Made by a program: the position numbers and the translations under genes
Assembly (NCBI GenBank): GCA_023150835.1
Contig: JAKLKB010000017.1
Location: forward strand, 62,001 to 126,000
Reading direction: 5' to 3'
Length of the DNA: 64,000 nt
Source of the DNA: Myxococcota bacterium
Lineage (GTDB): Bacteria; Myxococcota_C; UBA6777
The notes under the pieces: model-generated
Told to the model about the DNA's origin: nothing
Database searches by the model: none
The model's input: only the letters and a program-made list of their open reading frames with translations
Part shown: positions 9,066 through 18,322 of the stretch, piece by piece
How positions within the stretch are numbered: the first letter of the stretch is position 1
Layout: every line of letters starts with the position of its first letter

Positions 9066-10536
9066 CGTGGTTTTCCTCAAAAAAATGGTGCAGATCGGAA
9101 TTGGCCCAAGATCTGCGCAAGATCGAGAGCGCAAGGGCTGTGGTGGGCTTGTTTCGAAATGACGGCGGAGAGTGTTCGATCGCGTGGTGTAGCGGCCCTT
9201 CGACATACTCCCGTCCCAAAGCCACCAACGCATCGAAGGCTGCGCTTTGGACCCATTCGCCGTCGTGCAACAAAAGCTGGATCAGCGTAGGAACCGAAGG
9301 GATGGATGCTTCTCGAAGTTTTCCCAAGGCAAACGCTGCATCTCGGCGAACCCACTCGTTGGTGTCTTGGAGTGCTTTGGTCAGGGCTTGCACAACGACG
9401 GTCTCTCTAAGCCCCAAGCGTCCCAAGATATCCACAGCAGCGCTTCGGCGATGGGCGTCTGCATCAACGAGCCGATCTTCGATCCACCCCCAGATATCTG
9501 GGATCTTTGGCTGGAGGGTATGCAGCGCGTCAGCCGCCGCCATCCACACGCCCCATGTCTCGTCACTCAGGGCCTCCGCAAGCTCGGGGATCGCGGGGCG
9601 GGCGGCTTGCCCCATCAGGCCAAGGGCTTCAGCAGCAGCCATGCGCACCCACTTTCGACCGCTGCGCAACGAAGCACGCAACGAAGCCACAGCTTTTGCT
9701 GCATGTTCGCCAAATGCCCCCAATGCCTTGGCTGCGGCAGCGCGGACTTGATCATCGGGATCGCTGAGTGCATCTTCCAATGCGTCCAACACAGCGGATT
9801 CTACGCCACCAATACCCCCCAAAGCTTCGGAAGCGGCAGCGCGGCAGCGGGCTTCGGGGTCGCTCATCAGGCGCAAGATCGAGGGGATCGCTTCGGTGGC
9901 GGCTTTCCCCAAATAGCCCAAAGCACGCGCCGCGTGATAACGCACAAAGCCGTGCGCATCTTGGAGCGCATGAACCAACGGCTGCGCGCCGACAGATTCC
10001 AACGCCGCCCGTCCCATCGCCACCAACGCAGAGGCCGAATGCAATCGCACGACGCCCTCTTGATCGGACAGCGCTTGTTGTAAGGCGCGGATTACAGGCG
10101 GAGTGGTTAAGCGCAAGGCCCCAAGCGCCCATGCAGCGCGCCCACGCAGCGCACCTTGATCGTTTTGTAAGGCCGATAGCAACGGCCCCTCCAACTCCGC
10201 AAGCGGCAGCCTTAACTTCTCCAAGACGACTTCTGCAACCGCAAGGCGCATTGGTTCGGAGGCATCCAATAACAATTCGGTGATGCGTTCCCGCGCCAAC
10301 GGAGACAGCGATTGGGCCCGTCCGATCGCCCACACCGCAGAGATCCGCAACGCTTCGAGATAGCGCGGATCGGTCGCCTTGCACAGCAAGGCGAGGTGTT
10401 CTTCGCGGATATCTTCTTCGAGGTTTTCGCCCTCGATTCGAGCGATCAGCGCCCGCACATCACCAGAAGGGGCCGAAAGATATCGTTCGAGTTGTAACCA
10501 CTTCTCTTGTTGTTCTTTTTCGGCGACCTGCTCCAT
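9031..10536 (-). CDS. HEAT/PBS-lyase repeat protein
   Basis: Repeated L.D....VR..AA.ALG units throughout 501 aa. Confidence 0.9.
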   Translation of the reverse strand: MEQVAEKEQQEKWLQLERYLSAPSGDVRALIARIEGENLEEDIREEHLALLCKATDPRYLEALRISAVWAIGRAQSLSPLARERITELLLDASEPMRLAVAEVVLEKLRLPLAELEGPLLSALQNDQGALRGRAAWALGALRLTTPPVIRALQQALSDQEGVVRLHSASALVAMGRAALESVGAQPLVHALQDAHGFVRYHAARALGYLGKAATEAIPSILRLMSDPEARCRAAASEALGGIGGVESAVLDALEDALSDPDDQVRAAAAKALGAFGEHAAKAVASLRASLRSGRKWVRMAAAEALGLMGQAARPAIPELAEALSDETWGVWMAAADALHTLQPKIPDIWGWIEDRLVDADAHRRSAAVDILGRLGLRETVVVQALTKALQDTNEWVRRDAAFALGKLREASIPSVPTLIQLLLHDGEWVQSAAFDALVALGREYVEGPLHHAIEHSPPSFRNKPTTALALSILRRSWANSDLHHFFEENHDDDIEQAFFSA

Positions 10537-10874
10537 GATCGATGCTCCCGTCGTTCTCTTCGCACGTTTTGCGCGAACCCCTCGGCTCGTTCCACTCCGC
10601 TATACCGAACATACTTCTTTTTGGCTCATCCCGCATTTTTTTCCAAGCTGTCGCGAGACAGACCAGTTCATCGTCTCCCATGTATCGGCGCGTTTCGAGC
10701 AAAGTTGCAAGCCCACCCCCCCCGCAGCCTCTGTCCATCCCATCGGAGTTGCTTGTTCGGCGGGTTGGACTTGTTTTGTCGGATATCACCCTACACCCAA
10801 GAGCGCGGCTCCCTTGACTCCGTTTTGTCTTCGTTGTTGTTCGTTGCTTCTACGATATCCGTGTGAAGTGTTCC

Positions 10875-10930
10875 CGTAGGATAGTGCGTAGACACCCGAT
10901 TGTTGGGCAGCCACACCTGTCTGCCCCTAC
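10875..10930 (+). repeat. Family B GTAG-type REP-like repeat
   Basis: CGTAGGATAGTGCGTAGACACCCGATTGTTGGGCAGCCACACCTGTCTGCCCCTAC; near-identical inverted copy at 55862-55917; the last 28 bp are identical at 54078-54105. Confidence 0.8.
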
Positions 10931-10962
10931 GTTTTGCGATCACACGCCCTGCGGATCTCGTC

Positions 10963-12291
10963 TTAGCGGCAGCGCAGACGGACTTGTCCCACCATCTCTT
11001 TTGGGCGCGGAAGCCCCAATAGCCACAAGACTGTCGCTGCTGTGTCGTAGGTGTCCAGCGGTTCTTGAAGAACGCAACGTCGGCGGATTTCGCTGCTGCC
11101 CCCCATGATCCAAGGGATCAGTCGATCCTCGTGGTGTGCGCTACCATGCGTGCGGTCATGCCCGCCATGATCCGAAGTCACGATTACCGCGCTTTCTTTC
11201 CACTGCCTGTTTGCTTTCAAAAACTGCATCAAACGACCCAACGCTTTGTCGCTGCGCATCAAGGCTTGTTGGTACTGAGCAGACGGTGGGATGGGGGGGA
11301 CGTGTTGCTCGTTTCCCCAACCAAACCAATGGCCTGCAAGGTCTGGATCGCGCAAGTGAAAAAACACCAAACGCAGGGGAGCACGTTGGAGATGCGCAAG
11401 CAAAGCATCCATCCGCTTGGGCGCAAAGTGATTGCGGTGGTGGACGACATAACGCCCGGGCTGACGCACAAGATGGAAAAATTTCTTCTTCGACACAAAG
11501 AATCCCGAAGCCACTCCCGCATCCGAGGCGATATCCAAGATCGTCGGGTATCGGACCACACCATTTTTGGCGATGTATCGGTTCCAATGGATCTTGTGGC
11601 GCTCAAACGGTTGGCCTGTCAACATGGACGTATGCGAAGGCAGCGTCAGGCTCGGGATGATCGTACGCGCCGCAAGTGTCCCCACACCGCTTTGCCACAG
11701 GGCTTTTAATGCGGGTAGCTGCCCCTTTTCCATCAAGACCCGTAATACCGATGACTTCGCACCATCCCAACTGATCAAAAACACCCGACGAACTTGTGCA
11801 TTCGACAAGGCCAGCTTTTGCTTGACATCCCCGATGGATGGTCGTTTCGGTGTTTCGATTTGGTGGCTCGGCTTGGGCAGGCGATGCGGCGCAACAGACC
11901 GCTCGGCAGGGGCGCGGTGTGCGTCTTTTTGCTTGGGGGTGTAGGATGTCGCGTCCCTTGAAAAGGACAACAAAGGGCTGAACGGGACAGCAGGTAAGGC
12001 GTGTCTCTGCGAGGTGCGTACTTTTTGTGGCACCTGCGACCCTTCTTGCCCTGCACCCCACACCCACAACAATCCTCCACACACCACCAATCGCAAACCC
12101 GGTCGGATCAATGGACGCATGGCACGCAGGCGCTCTTTTAATAAACTCCGCCACTGCCGAAGCAACGCCCCCACGCTCATGCGATCGCTCGTCGGCTCGC
12201 GCAAACGTCCATCCACAGGCAGCGGTGAGCGCCAAGAAGGTGTTCGCGAAGAAGAAATAAAAAGTCTCGGATAAAACGATTTTTCTGACAT
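10963..12291 (-). CDS. Alkaline phosphatase superfamily / nucleotide pyrophosphatase-phosphodiesterase
   Basis: LISWDG, PSLTLPSHTSMLTG (catalytic Thr), PDLAGH, TSDHGG, THG metal-binding motifs; start uncertain (12291 or downstream). Confidence 0.85.
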   Translation of the reverse strand: MSEKSFYPRLFISSSRTPSWRSPLPVDGRLREPTSDRMSVGALLRQWRSLLKERLRAMRPLIRPGLRLVVCGGLLWVWGAGQEGSQVPQKVRTSQRHALPAVPFSPLLSFSRDATSYTPKQKDAHRAPAERSVAPHRLPKPSHQIETPKRPSIGDVKQKLALSNAQVRRVFLISWDGAKSSVLRVLMEKGQLPALKALWQSGVGTLAARTIIPSLTLPSHTSMLTGQPFERHKIHWNRYIAKNGVVRYPTILDIASDAGVASGFFVSKKKFFHLVRQPGRYVVHHRNHFAPKRMDALLAHLQRAPLRLVFFHLRDPDLAGHWFGWGNEQHVPPIPPSAQYQQALMRSDKALGRLMQFLKANRQWKESAVIVTSDHGGHDRTHGSAHHEDRLIPWIMGGSSEIRRRCVLQEPLDTYDTAATVLWLLGLPRPKEMVGQVRLRCR

Positions 12292-12643
12292 CTTTCTACC
12301 CAATAACGATGCTTGCAGATTCCCCGCATGGAATTTGGGGGCTGTTTCTTTTTTCCCCCAAGCCGCGCAAAAGGTTACACACCACGCGCCTCCATACTTT
12401 GCGTTTTTTTGCCGAACGCAAAAAACAAGCCAAAAGATCCAGACGTATCTTTCGCAACCGAAAGCAACAAGCCGTTTTGCGGGCGTGTGGTTTCTGCGCT
12501 TGAAGAGCGATAGGGTTTGTGCTATGCCATCCATACCTACGTTTCGGGTGGATACGCGACCGAAAAGGCCGATGTATAGGCGCGCTGCACAGAAAAAATA
12601 CAACAACACCCATACCCCCGCACGCCCGACAAGGAGTCCTTGA

Positions 12644-12973
12644 TTGACAACGCCGCAAAAGCTCAACCCGCTTCAAGCGCGCCTTGCCGTTGTGCGACAA
12701 CAGTGGACGCTCTCCGACCTGTTTCGTTTTTTACTCCCTGTCCTTGGCCATCTGGTCTTTTCTGCTTTTTTACTCACACGCAATTGGCTCACCGCACTCC
12801 TCGTCTTTTTTACGCCGTATTATGCGGCCTATGTCGTGTTTGAATGGTGGTATAGCAGCCAAGAACGCCGAAAATGGCGAATCTTGCCCGTGATGAGTTG
12901 GACGTTTAATCTCACGTTGTTTGTTTTGTTGCTCGCCATCGCGATCTGGCTGCGCCAACAATTCCGCTCCTAA
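12644..12973 (+). CDS. Small integral membrane protein
   Basis: AAGGAG RBS before TTG; about three hydrophobic helices in 109 aa. Confidence 0.6.
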   Translation: MTTPQKLNPLQARLAVVRQQWTLSDLFRFLLPVLGHLVFSAFLLTRNWLTALLVFFTPYYAAYVVFEWWYSSQERRKWRILPVMSWTFNLTLFVLLLAIAIWLRQQFRS

Positions 12974-13122
12974 ACCGCCGAGATGCCGTTTCTTTTGAGG
13001 GGCCGATCGCATTGGGCGATCTGTATTTGTTTGCCCCTCCGTTGCTTCTGCGTTGAATTCCTTGCGGGTCCTCAGTACACTCAACAGCGCAACCATGCAC
13101 CTTGTGTAAGGAAGGAGTTTTT

Positions 13123-14388
13123 ATGCAAACAAGAATGCGGACCTTTTTTCTTTCGAGCCTTTGGCTTACGATGCTGGCGTTTGTGTTGAGCGTGAGCACC
13201 GTCAACTGTGGCCGTGATGTTGTCAACGAAAACAACGCCGAAGTTTCGGGAGATGGCGGAACCAACAAAGAAAATGCCAACACCGAAACCTCGGCTGAGA
13301 CGCAAGCAGAGAATACCTCCGAGCCATCCTCCGAACCCCAAGCCGAACCTCAAACCGAGCCATCCTCCGAGCCATCCTCCGAAACCCAAGCCGAACCTCA
13401 AGCCGAGGCCAAGCCCGAGGCCACAACGGAGCCCCAAGCCGAGTCCACGCCCGATAGCGGCGAGGTGATCCCCGAAACGCCTACAGAAGTCGAACCCGAT
13501 CTACCCGAAGCCATCCTCCCCGAGATCAACAAAGGCACAGGTGCCTTCCACGTCAATCAGCTCTTCCTTGTCATGGATCCCACCGATGGATTCGACCTCA
13601 ACGGCGATAAAGTCGTGGACAATCGCTTTGGAGAACTGATCGGTAGCATCGCTCTGTTGCTTGCGGCATTTGGCGCAGATGTTCAAAAGCAGATCGACGA
13701 TCAGATCCAATCGCAGCAATTGATCCTCTTGCTTGAACTCGTCAATAACACCGATCCCACCGTCCAAACAGGCACGACAGACGTCAACTTTTACATCGGC
13801 CAAAAAAGCTCGATCCCGGGAACCTTTGGGGTGGATCCTTCTTCGTTAGACGCCAACGGCAAGCCGTTGATCTCTTTCAAAAATGTCACGGTCAACAACG
13901 GCGTGATCACCGCTGGCCCCGGGGACTTTCGCCTGAATCTTTCGCTTTTCCCCAACCAACCGCCTCTTCCGATCACGTTGAAGATGACCCGTGTCACCTT
14001 CAAAGTCGATCCCCAACTGCGCGTCCTGACGGCTGGAAAGTTTGGCGGCGCGCTGCCGATGTGGAATCTCGATCTGATCGATGGTATCAACAACCAAACC
14101 GTCCTCCAATTGCTTGTCGGCCTCAATCCTCGCCTTGCACAGCCCGATATCGACCTCGACAACGACAAACTCGAAAAATTCGGTCTCCAAGGAACCACCC
14201 TCGAATGTACGGATGGCGATGGAACCACCAAGTTTTCCCAACCCACCGCTTGCCACGCGGGTGTGACCAACTGCAGCACCCGTAGCTGCGCTGTGGATAC
14301 GCGGATGGGCGACGGGATCTCCACTGTCTTTCGTTTTAATGCTACTGCCATCACCCTCAACAAGCCCGTCCCACCGCCCACTCCGTAA
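13123..14388 (+). CDS. Surface lipoprotein with acidic Glu/Pro/Ser linker and beta-rich domain
   Basis: AAGGAG RBS; lipobox STVNC; EPSSEPQAEP repeats; GFDLNGD..VDN motif. Confidence 0.85.
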   Translation: MQTRMRTFFLSSLWLTMLAFVLSVSTVNCGRDVVNENNAEVSGDGGTNKENANTETSAETQAENTSEPSSEPQAEPQTEPSSEPSSETQAEPQAEAKPEATTEPQAESTPDSGEVIPETPTEVEPDLPEAILPEINKGTGAFHVNQLFLVMDPTDGFDLNGDKVVDNRFGELIGSIALLLAAFGADVQKQIDDQIQSQQLILLLELVNNTDPTVQTGTTDVNFYIGQKSSIPGTFGVDPSSLDANGKPLISFKNVTVNNGVITAGPGDFRLNLSLFPNQPPLPITLKMTRVTFKVDPQLRVLTAGKFGGALPMWNLDLIDGINNQTVLQLLVGLNPRLAQPDIDLDNDKLEKFGLQGTTLECTDGDGTTKFSQPTACHAGVTNCSTRSCAVDTRMGDGISTVFRFNATAITLNKPVPPPTP

Positions 14389-14438
14389 TGTCTTTTGTGC
14401 GTTTGATTGACCGCCTCAGCGCTGTACGCAGGCTTGTG

Positions 14439-14467
14439 TTGACAAGGGCTTGTGCCCTCGCTATCCT
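14439..14467 (+). promoter_or_regulatory. Sigma70-type promoter of the lysS operon
   Basis: TTGACA-17 nt-TATCCT about 60 bp upstream of the lysS ATG. Confidence 0.6.
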
Positions 14468-14529
14468 CCGTCGCCTTATTAGGCAAAAGACCGCGAAGCA
14501 GCAGTCGAATCGACGGAGGTTAGCGCAGG

Positions 14530-16128
14530 ATGTCAAAAACAGACGAGACTTTGGATATCAATCAGCAGATACTCAACCGCATCGCCAAATTAGAAAAGCT
14601 CAAAGAACTCGGTGGCTCGCCGTTTCGCAACGACTTTAAACCGACCTCCACCACCCGCGATATCAAGGCTTACTATCACTGGGCACCCACGGGCGACGTG
14701 GACGAACACGGCAAGCCCGTGATGCGCTGTGGCCGTGATCTCTCGCATGGTGTCGGGAACGAACGCTTTTCGATCGCAGGGCGCGTGATCTTGTTGCGCT
14801 CTTTTGGCAAGGCCATCTTTGCACAACTGCGCGATCGACACGGTGAGATCCAGATCTATGTTCGTAAAGACGGGATCGGCGATGAAGCCTTTGAGCGCTT
14901 TAAGCTCGTAGAGATGGGCGATATCGTTGGCGCAAGTGGCGGCTGCTTTTTGACCAAGACAGGCGAACTCACCCTTCAAGCCGATGTTGCCGTTCTCCTG
15001 ACCAAAAGTGTGCGCCCCCTCCCCGACAAATGGGCCGGACTCAAGGACGTAGAAACCCGTTATCGACAACGCTACGTCGACTTGATCGCCAATCCCGAAG
15101 TCGCAGACGTTTTTCGCAAACGTTCGCAGATCGTCAAATCGATCCGCAATTATCTCGATGCACTCGACTTTATGGAAGTTGAAACCCCGATGATGCACCC
15201 GCTTGTTGGCGGGGCTGCGGCGAAGCCTTTTGTGACCCATCACAACACCCTTGATATGGACTTGTTTTTGCGGATCGCGCCCGAACTCTATCTCAAGCGC
15301 CTTGTGGTCGGCGGTTTTGAGCGCGTCTATGAGATCAATCGCAACTTCCGCAACGAAGGCATCAGCACACAACACAATCCCGAATTCACGATGCTCGAAT
15401 TCTACATGGCTTACGCAACGTTCGAAGACTTGATGAGCATCACCGAGCAGATGATCTCCCACGTCGCACGCCAAGTCTGCGGGACCACTCACATCTCCTA
15501 CCAAGGAACATCCATTGAGTTCGCGGCTCCTTGGCGACGGATGACTATGCGTGAAGCCATCGTGGCTTGTTGGAACGAGCACTGGGTCAAAGACAAACAG
15601 AAAGAACCCATCACGCTGGCTTTGATCGAGGATCGCGAGGCTTTGGCGGCCTTTACTTCCGCACATTTTTCGCACAAAGGCGAAAACCCCTTTGATGGAC
15701 TCGAACACGGCGAGCAGATCGGGCTGTTGTTTGAAGAAGTCGCGGAAGCCTATCTGATCCAGCCGACCTTCATCACGGCCTATCCTACGGCGATCAGCCC
15801 GCTTGCGCGGCGCAATGAAAAAGATCCCGCGATCACGGACCGCTTCGAGATCTTTGTGTATGGTCGCGAACTCGGCAATGCTTTCAGCGAATTGAACGAT
15901 CCGATGGATCAACGCGAACGCTTTTTAAAGCAGGTCGAGAAAAAGGCCGCTGGTGCACAAGAGACCATGGATTACGATGAGGACTTCATTTGCGCGCTCG
16001 AACATGGTATGCCTCCCACCGCAGGTGAAGGCATCGGGATCGATCGTTTGTGCATGTATCTCTGTGATGCGCCGTCTATCCGCGATGTGATCTTCTTTCC
16101 TCAACTCAAAAAAGAACAAAAGCCATAA
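14530..16128 (+). CDS. lysS: Lysyl-tRNA synthetase (class II)
   Basis: RYRQRYVDLI, LRIAPELYLKRLVVGG, FRNEG..HNPEFTMLEFY, GMPPTAGEGIGIDRL. Confidence 0.99.
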   Translation: MSKTDETLDINQQILNRIAKLEKLKELGGSPFRNDFKPTSTTRDIKAYYHWAPTGDVDEHGKPVMRCGRDLSHGVGNERFSIAGRVILLRSFGKAIFAQLRDRHGEIQIYVRKDGIGDEAFERFKLVEMGDIVGASGGCFLTKTGELTLQADVAVLLTKSVRPLPDKWAGLKDVETRYRQRYVDLIANPEVADVFRKRSQIVKSIRNYLDALDFMEVETPMMHPLVGGAAAKPFVTHHNTLDMDLFLRIAPELYLKRLVVGGFERVYEINRNFRNEGISTQHNPEFTMLEFYMAYATFEDLMSITEQMISHVARQVCGTTHISYQGTSIEFAAPWRRMTMREAIVACWNEHWVKDKQKEPITLALIEDREALAAFTSAHFSHKGENPFDGLEHGEQIGLLFEEVAEAYLIQPTFITAYPTAISPLARRNEKDPAITDRFEIFVYGRELGNAFSELNDPMDQRERFLKQVEKKAAGAQETMDYDEDFICALEHGMPPTAGEGIGIDRLCMYLCDAPSIRDVIFFPQLKKEQKP

Positions 16129-16130
16129 GC

Positions 16131-17579
16131 ATGATCTTGTTGTCGTATGAAGTCCTCGTGGCGCTTCGTCATCTCAAAAGTCGCAAGCGCAGCCGCGTGA
16201 TATCCCTGCTTACGCTGATCAGTATCCTTGGCGTATGGGTGGGCGTTTGGGCGCTAACTGTCGTCCTCTCCGTCCTCAGCGGCTTTGGGGACGACCTGCG
16301 CTCCAAGATCATCGAAAGCACTCCCAACATCACCATTGAACGGCATGATAGCGATATCGCCCGATACCGCGACATTTGTCACCGCATCCTCCAACAAAAA
16401 GGCGTCCTTGATTGCGCAGCTTACATCTCTAGCGAGGTGATGCTCTCTACACCAAGCAACTCTTCGGGTGCGTTGCTGCGCGGGATCGAAGATCGCCCCC
16501 TTCATACCGAGCGCCTCTCACGCCAACTCAAGTCCGGCAAGCTCTCGTATCTGTTCTCCCCCCACCTGATCCCACATCCCCCGATGATCCGTCGTCGGAT
16601 GATCTTTCAAGACTCCAACGATGCCCTCACCCCCGAAGAAGAGGAGCTTTTGGGACTGCGCCCTCGTCGCCGTCCACCGCCAGCCTCCCGCCCGACTTCA
16701 TCGCCCACCACGACGCCTGCTGACGATGAACTCCGTCAATTCGGCTTGTTGGATACCGCTCCAAAAAAAGACGCCAAAAAAGTCCTGCCCGGGATCTTAC
16801 TCGGGAAGGAACTTGCGAACGGTCTTGGCGTCAGCCTTGGCGACGAACTGCGCGTGATCTCCCCTGCGGGTGGCACGCTCACCCCGATGGGACCGGCTCC
16901 CCGTGTCCTCAAGTTTCGCGTCGCAGGAATCTTTTTTACAGGTATGTACGAGTACGATCTCAAGTTTGCCTTGGTCGCTCTTCACAGCGCACAAGACCTC
17001 TTTCAGATGCCCGATATGGCGGGCGGACTCGAACTCAAAGTCGCCGATCTCCACCAAACCACCCAACTCAAACAAGCGATCCGCAAGCGGTTGGGGGGTG
17101 GCCCTTATCATGTCCAAGATTGGATCGACCTCAACGTCCAATTGTTCGGCGCTTTGCAGATGGAAAAATGGGTGATGTTTGTGATCCTCACCTTTATCGT
17201 CTTGGTGGCCTCCTTTAATATCGTCAGCACTCTCTTCATGGTCGTTGTCGAAAAGTCCCAAGAGATCGCCATCTTGAAATCCATGGGAGCCACCAACTCC
17301 AGCGTCATGCGGATCTTTATGATCGAAGGCGTCGTGATCGGCTTGATCGGCACGATCTTGGGCCTGTTGTTTGGGTGGCGCACTTGCCTTTATCTCATCG
17401 AATTCCCGATCCGCATGAATACTGACGTGTACTATATCGCCCATCTACCCGTCAAAATGAACTTCTATGACTTCTTTTCTGTGGCTGTTGCCGCGATCTT
17501 GCTAAGCTTTATCGCCACGATCTACCCCGCACTACAGGCCGCTCGGATGCGCCCTGTCGATGGACTTCGCCATGACTGA
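16131..17579 (+). CDS. lolE: Lipoprotein-releasing ABC transporter permease LolC/E
   Basis: N-terminal TM, periplasmic domain, [44 protein letters not shown]; lysS-lol-bamA synteny. Confidence 0.92.
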   Translation: MILLSYEVLVALRHLKSRKRSRVISLLTLISILGVWVGVWALTVVLSVLSGFGDDLRSKIIESTPNITIERHDSDIARYRDICHRILQQKGVLDCAAYISSEVMLSTPSNSSGALLRGIEDRPLHTERLSRQLKSGKLSYLFSPHLIPHPPMIRRRMIFQDSNDALTPEEEELLGLRPRRRPPPASRPTSSPTTTPADDELRQFGLLDTAPKKDAKKVLPGILLGKELANGLGVSLGDELRVISPAGGTLTPMGPAPRVLKFRVAGIFFTGMYEYDLKFALVALHSAQDLFQMPDMAGGLELKVADLHQTTQLKQAIRKRLGGGPYHVQDWIDLNVQLFGALQMEKWVMFVILTFIVLVASFNIVSTLFMVVVEKSQEIAILKSMGATNSSVMRIFMIEGVVIGLIGTILGLLFGWRTCLYLIEFPIRMNTDVYYIAHLPVKMNFYDFFSVAVAAILLSFIATIYPALQAARMRPVDGLRHD

Positions 17580-18288
17580 TCCCATGCCTCCTCTTCTCCT
17601 TGCCCAAGACATCGCCAAAAGCTTTTGGCTTGAGCAGCGCCGTATCGATGTACTAAGAGCGATCTCTTTGCGCGTCGAATCCGGCCAAAGTATCGCCATC
17701 ATCGGCGCATCGGGGGCTGGAAAAAGTACGCTGCTGCATCTGCTTGGGACGCTCGATATCCCCACCGAAGGCCAGCTAATGCTCGCGGGCCACGATATCC
17801 TTCGCATGAGCGAAGAAGCTCTCGCGGGGTTGCGCAACCGTATGATCGGATTCGTCTTTCAGGCACACTATCTCCTCCCCGAATTCTCCGCACTCGAAAA
17901 TGTGATGATGCCCGCCTTGATCCAACGTATGCCGCGCCAACAAGCCCAACAGCGCGCCCAAGAGCTTCTCGAATGGGTCGGCCTCCAACACCGTCTCGAC
18001 CATCGCCCCGGTGAACTCAGCGGCGGAGAACGCCAACGTGTCGCCCTTTGCCGCGCCCTCGTCATGCGCCCCCGTCTTCTCCTCGCCGACGAACCCACAG
18101 GAAACCTCGATCACCAAACAGGCGAAGGCATCCATCACCTCATCCAAGAACTCCATCAACGTTGGGGCGTCACCTCCATCGTCGTGACCCACAATCTTTC
18201 CCTTGCCCAACGTATGCAACGTACCCTTCGCCTTGAAAAAGGCCAACTCATCGAGGCGCAAGACACGCCTTCACGCGAAAACGCATAG
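17572..18288 (+). CDS. lolD: Lipoprotein-releasing ABC transporter ATPase
   Basis: [45 protein letters not shown]. Confidence 0.95.
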   Translation: MTDPMPPLLLAQDIAKSFWLEQRRIDVLRAISLRVESGQSIAIIGASGAGKSTLLHLLGTLDIPTEGQLMLAGHDILRMSEEALAGLRNRMIGFVFQAHYLLPEFSALENVMMPALIQRMPRQQAQQRAQELLEWVGLQHRLDHRPGELSGGERQRVALCRALVMRPRLLLADEPTGNLDHQTGEGIHHLIQELHQRWGVTSIVVTHNLSLAQRMQRTLRLEKGQLIEAQDTPSRENA

Positions 18289-18322
18289 GGCCATCATGCT
18301 GCGTTCGCTGGAGAACAAATAC

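Noticed and set aside
10540-10870. Small ORFs in this intergenic region and in 54116-54650 and 55700-56100
   Set aside because: Largely composed of repeat-family sequence or lacking RBS and coding motifs.
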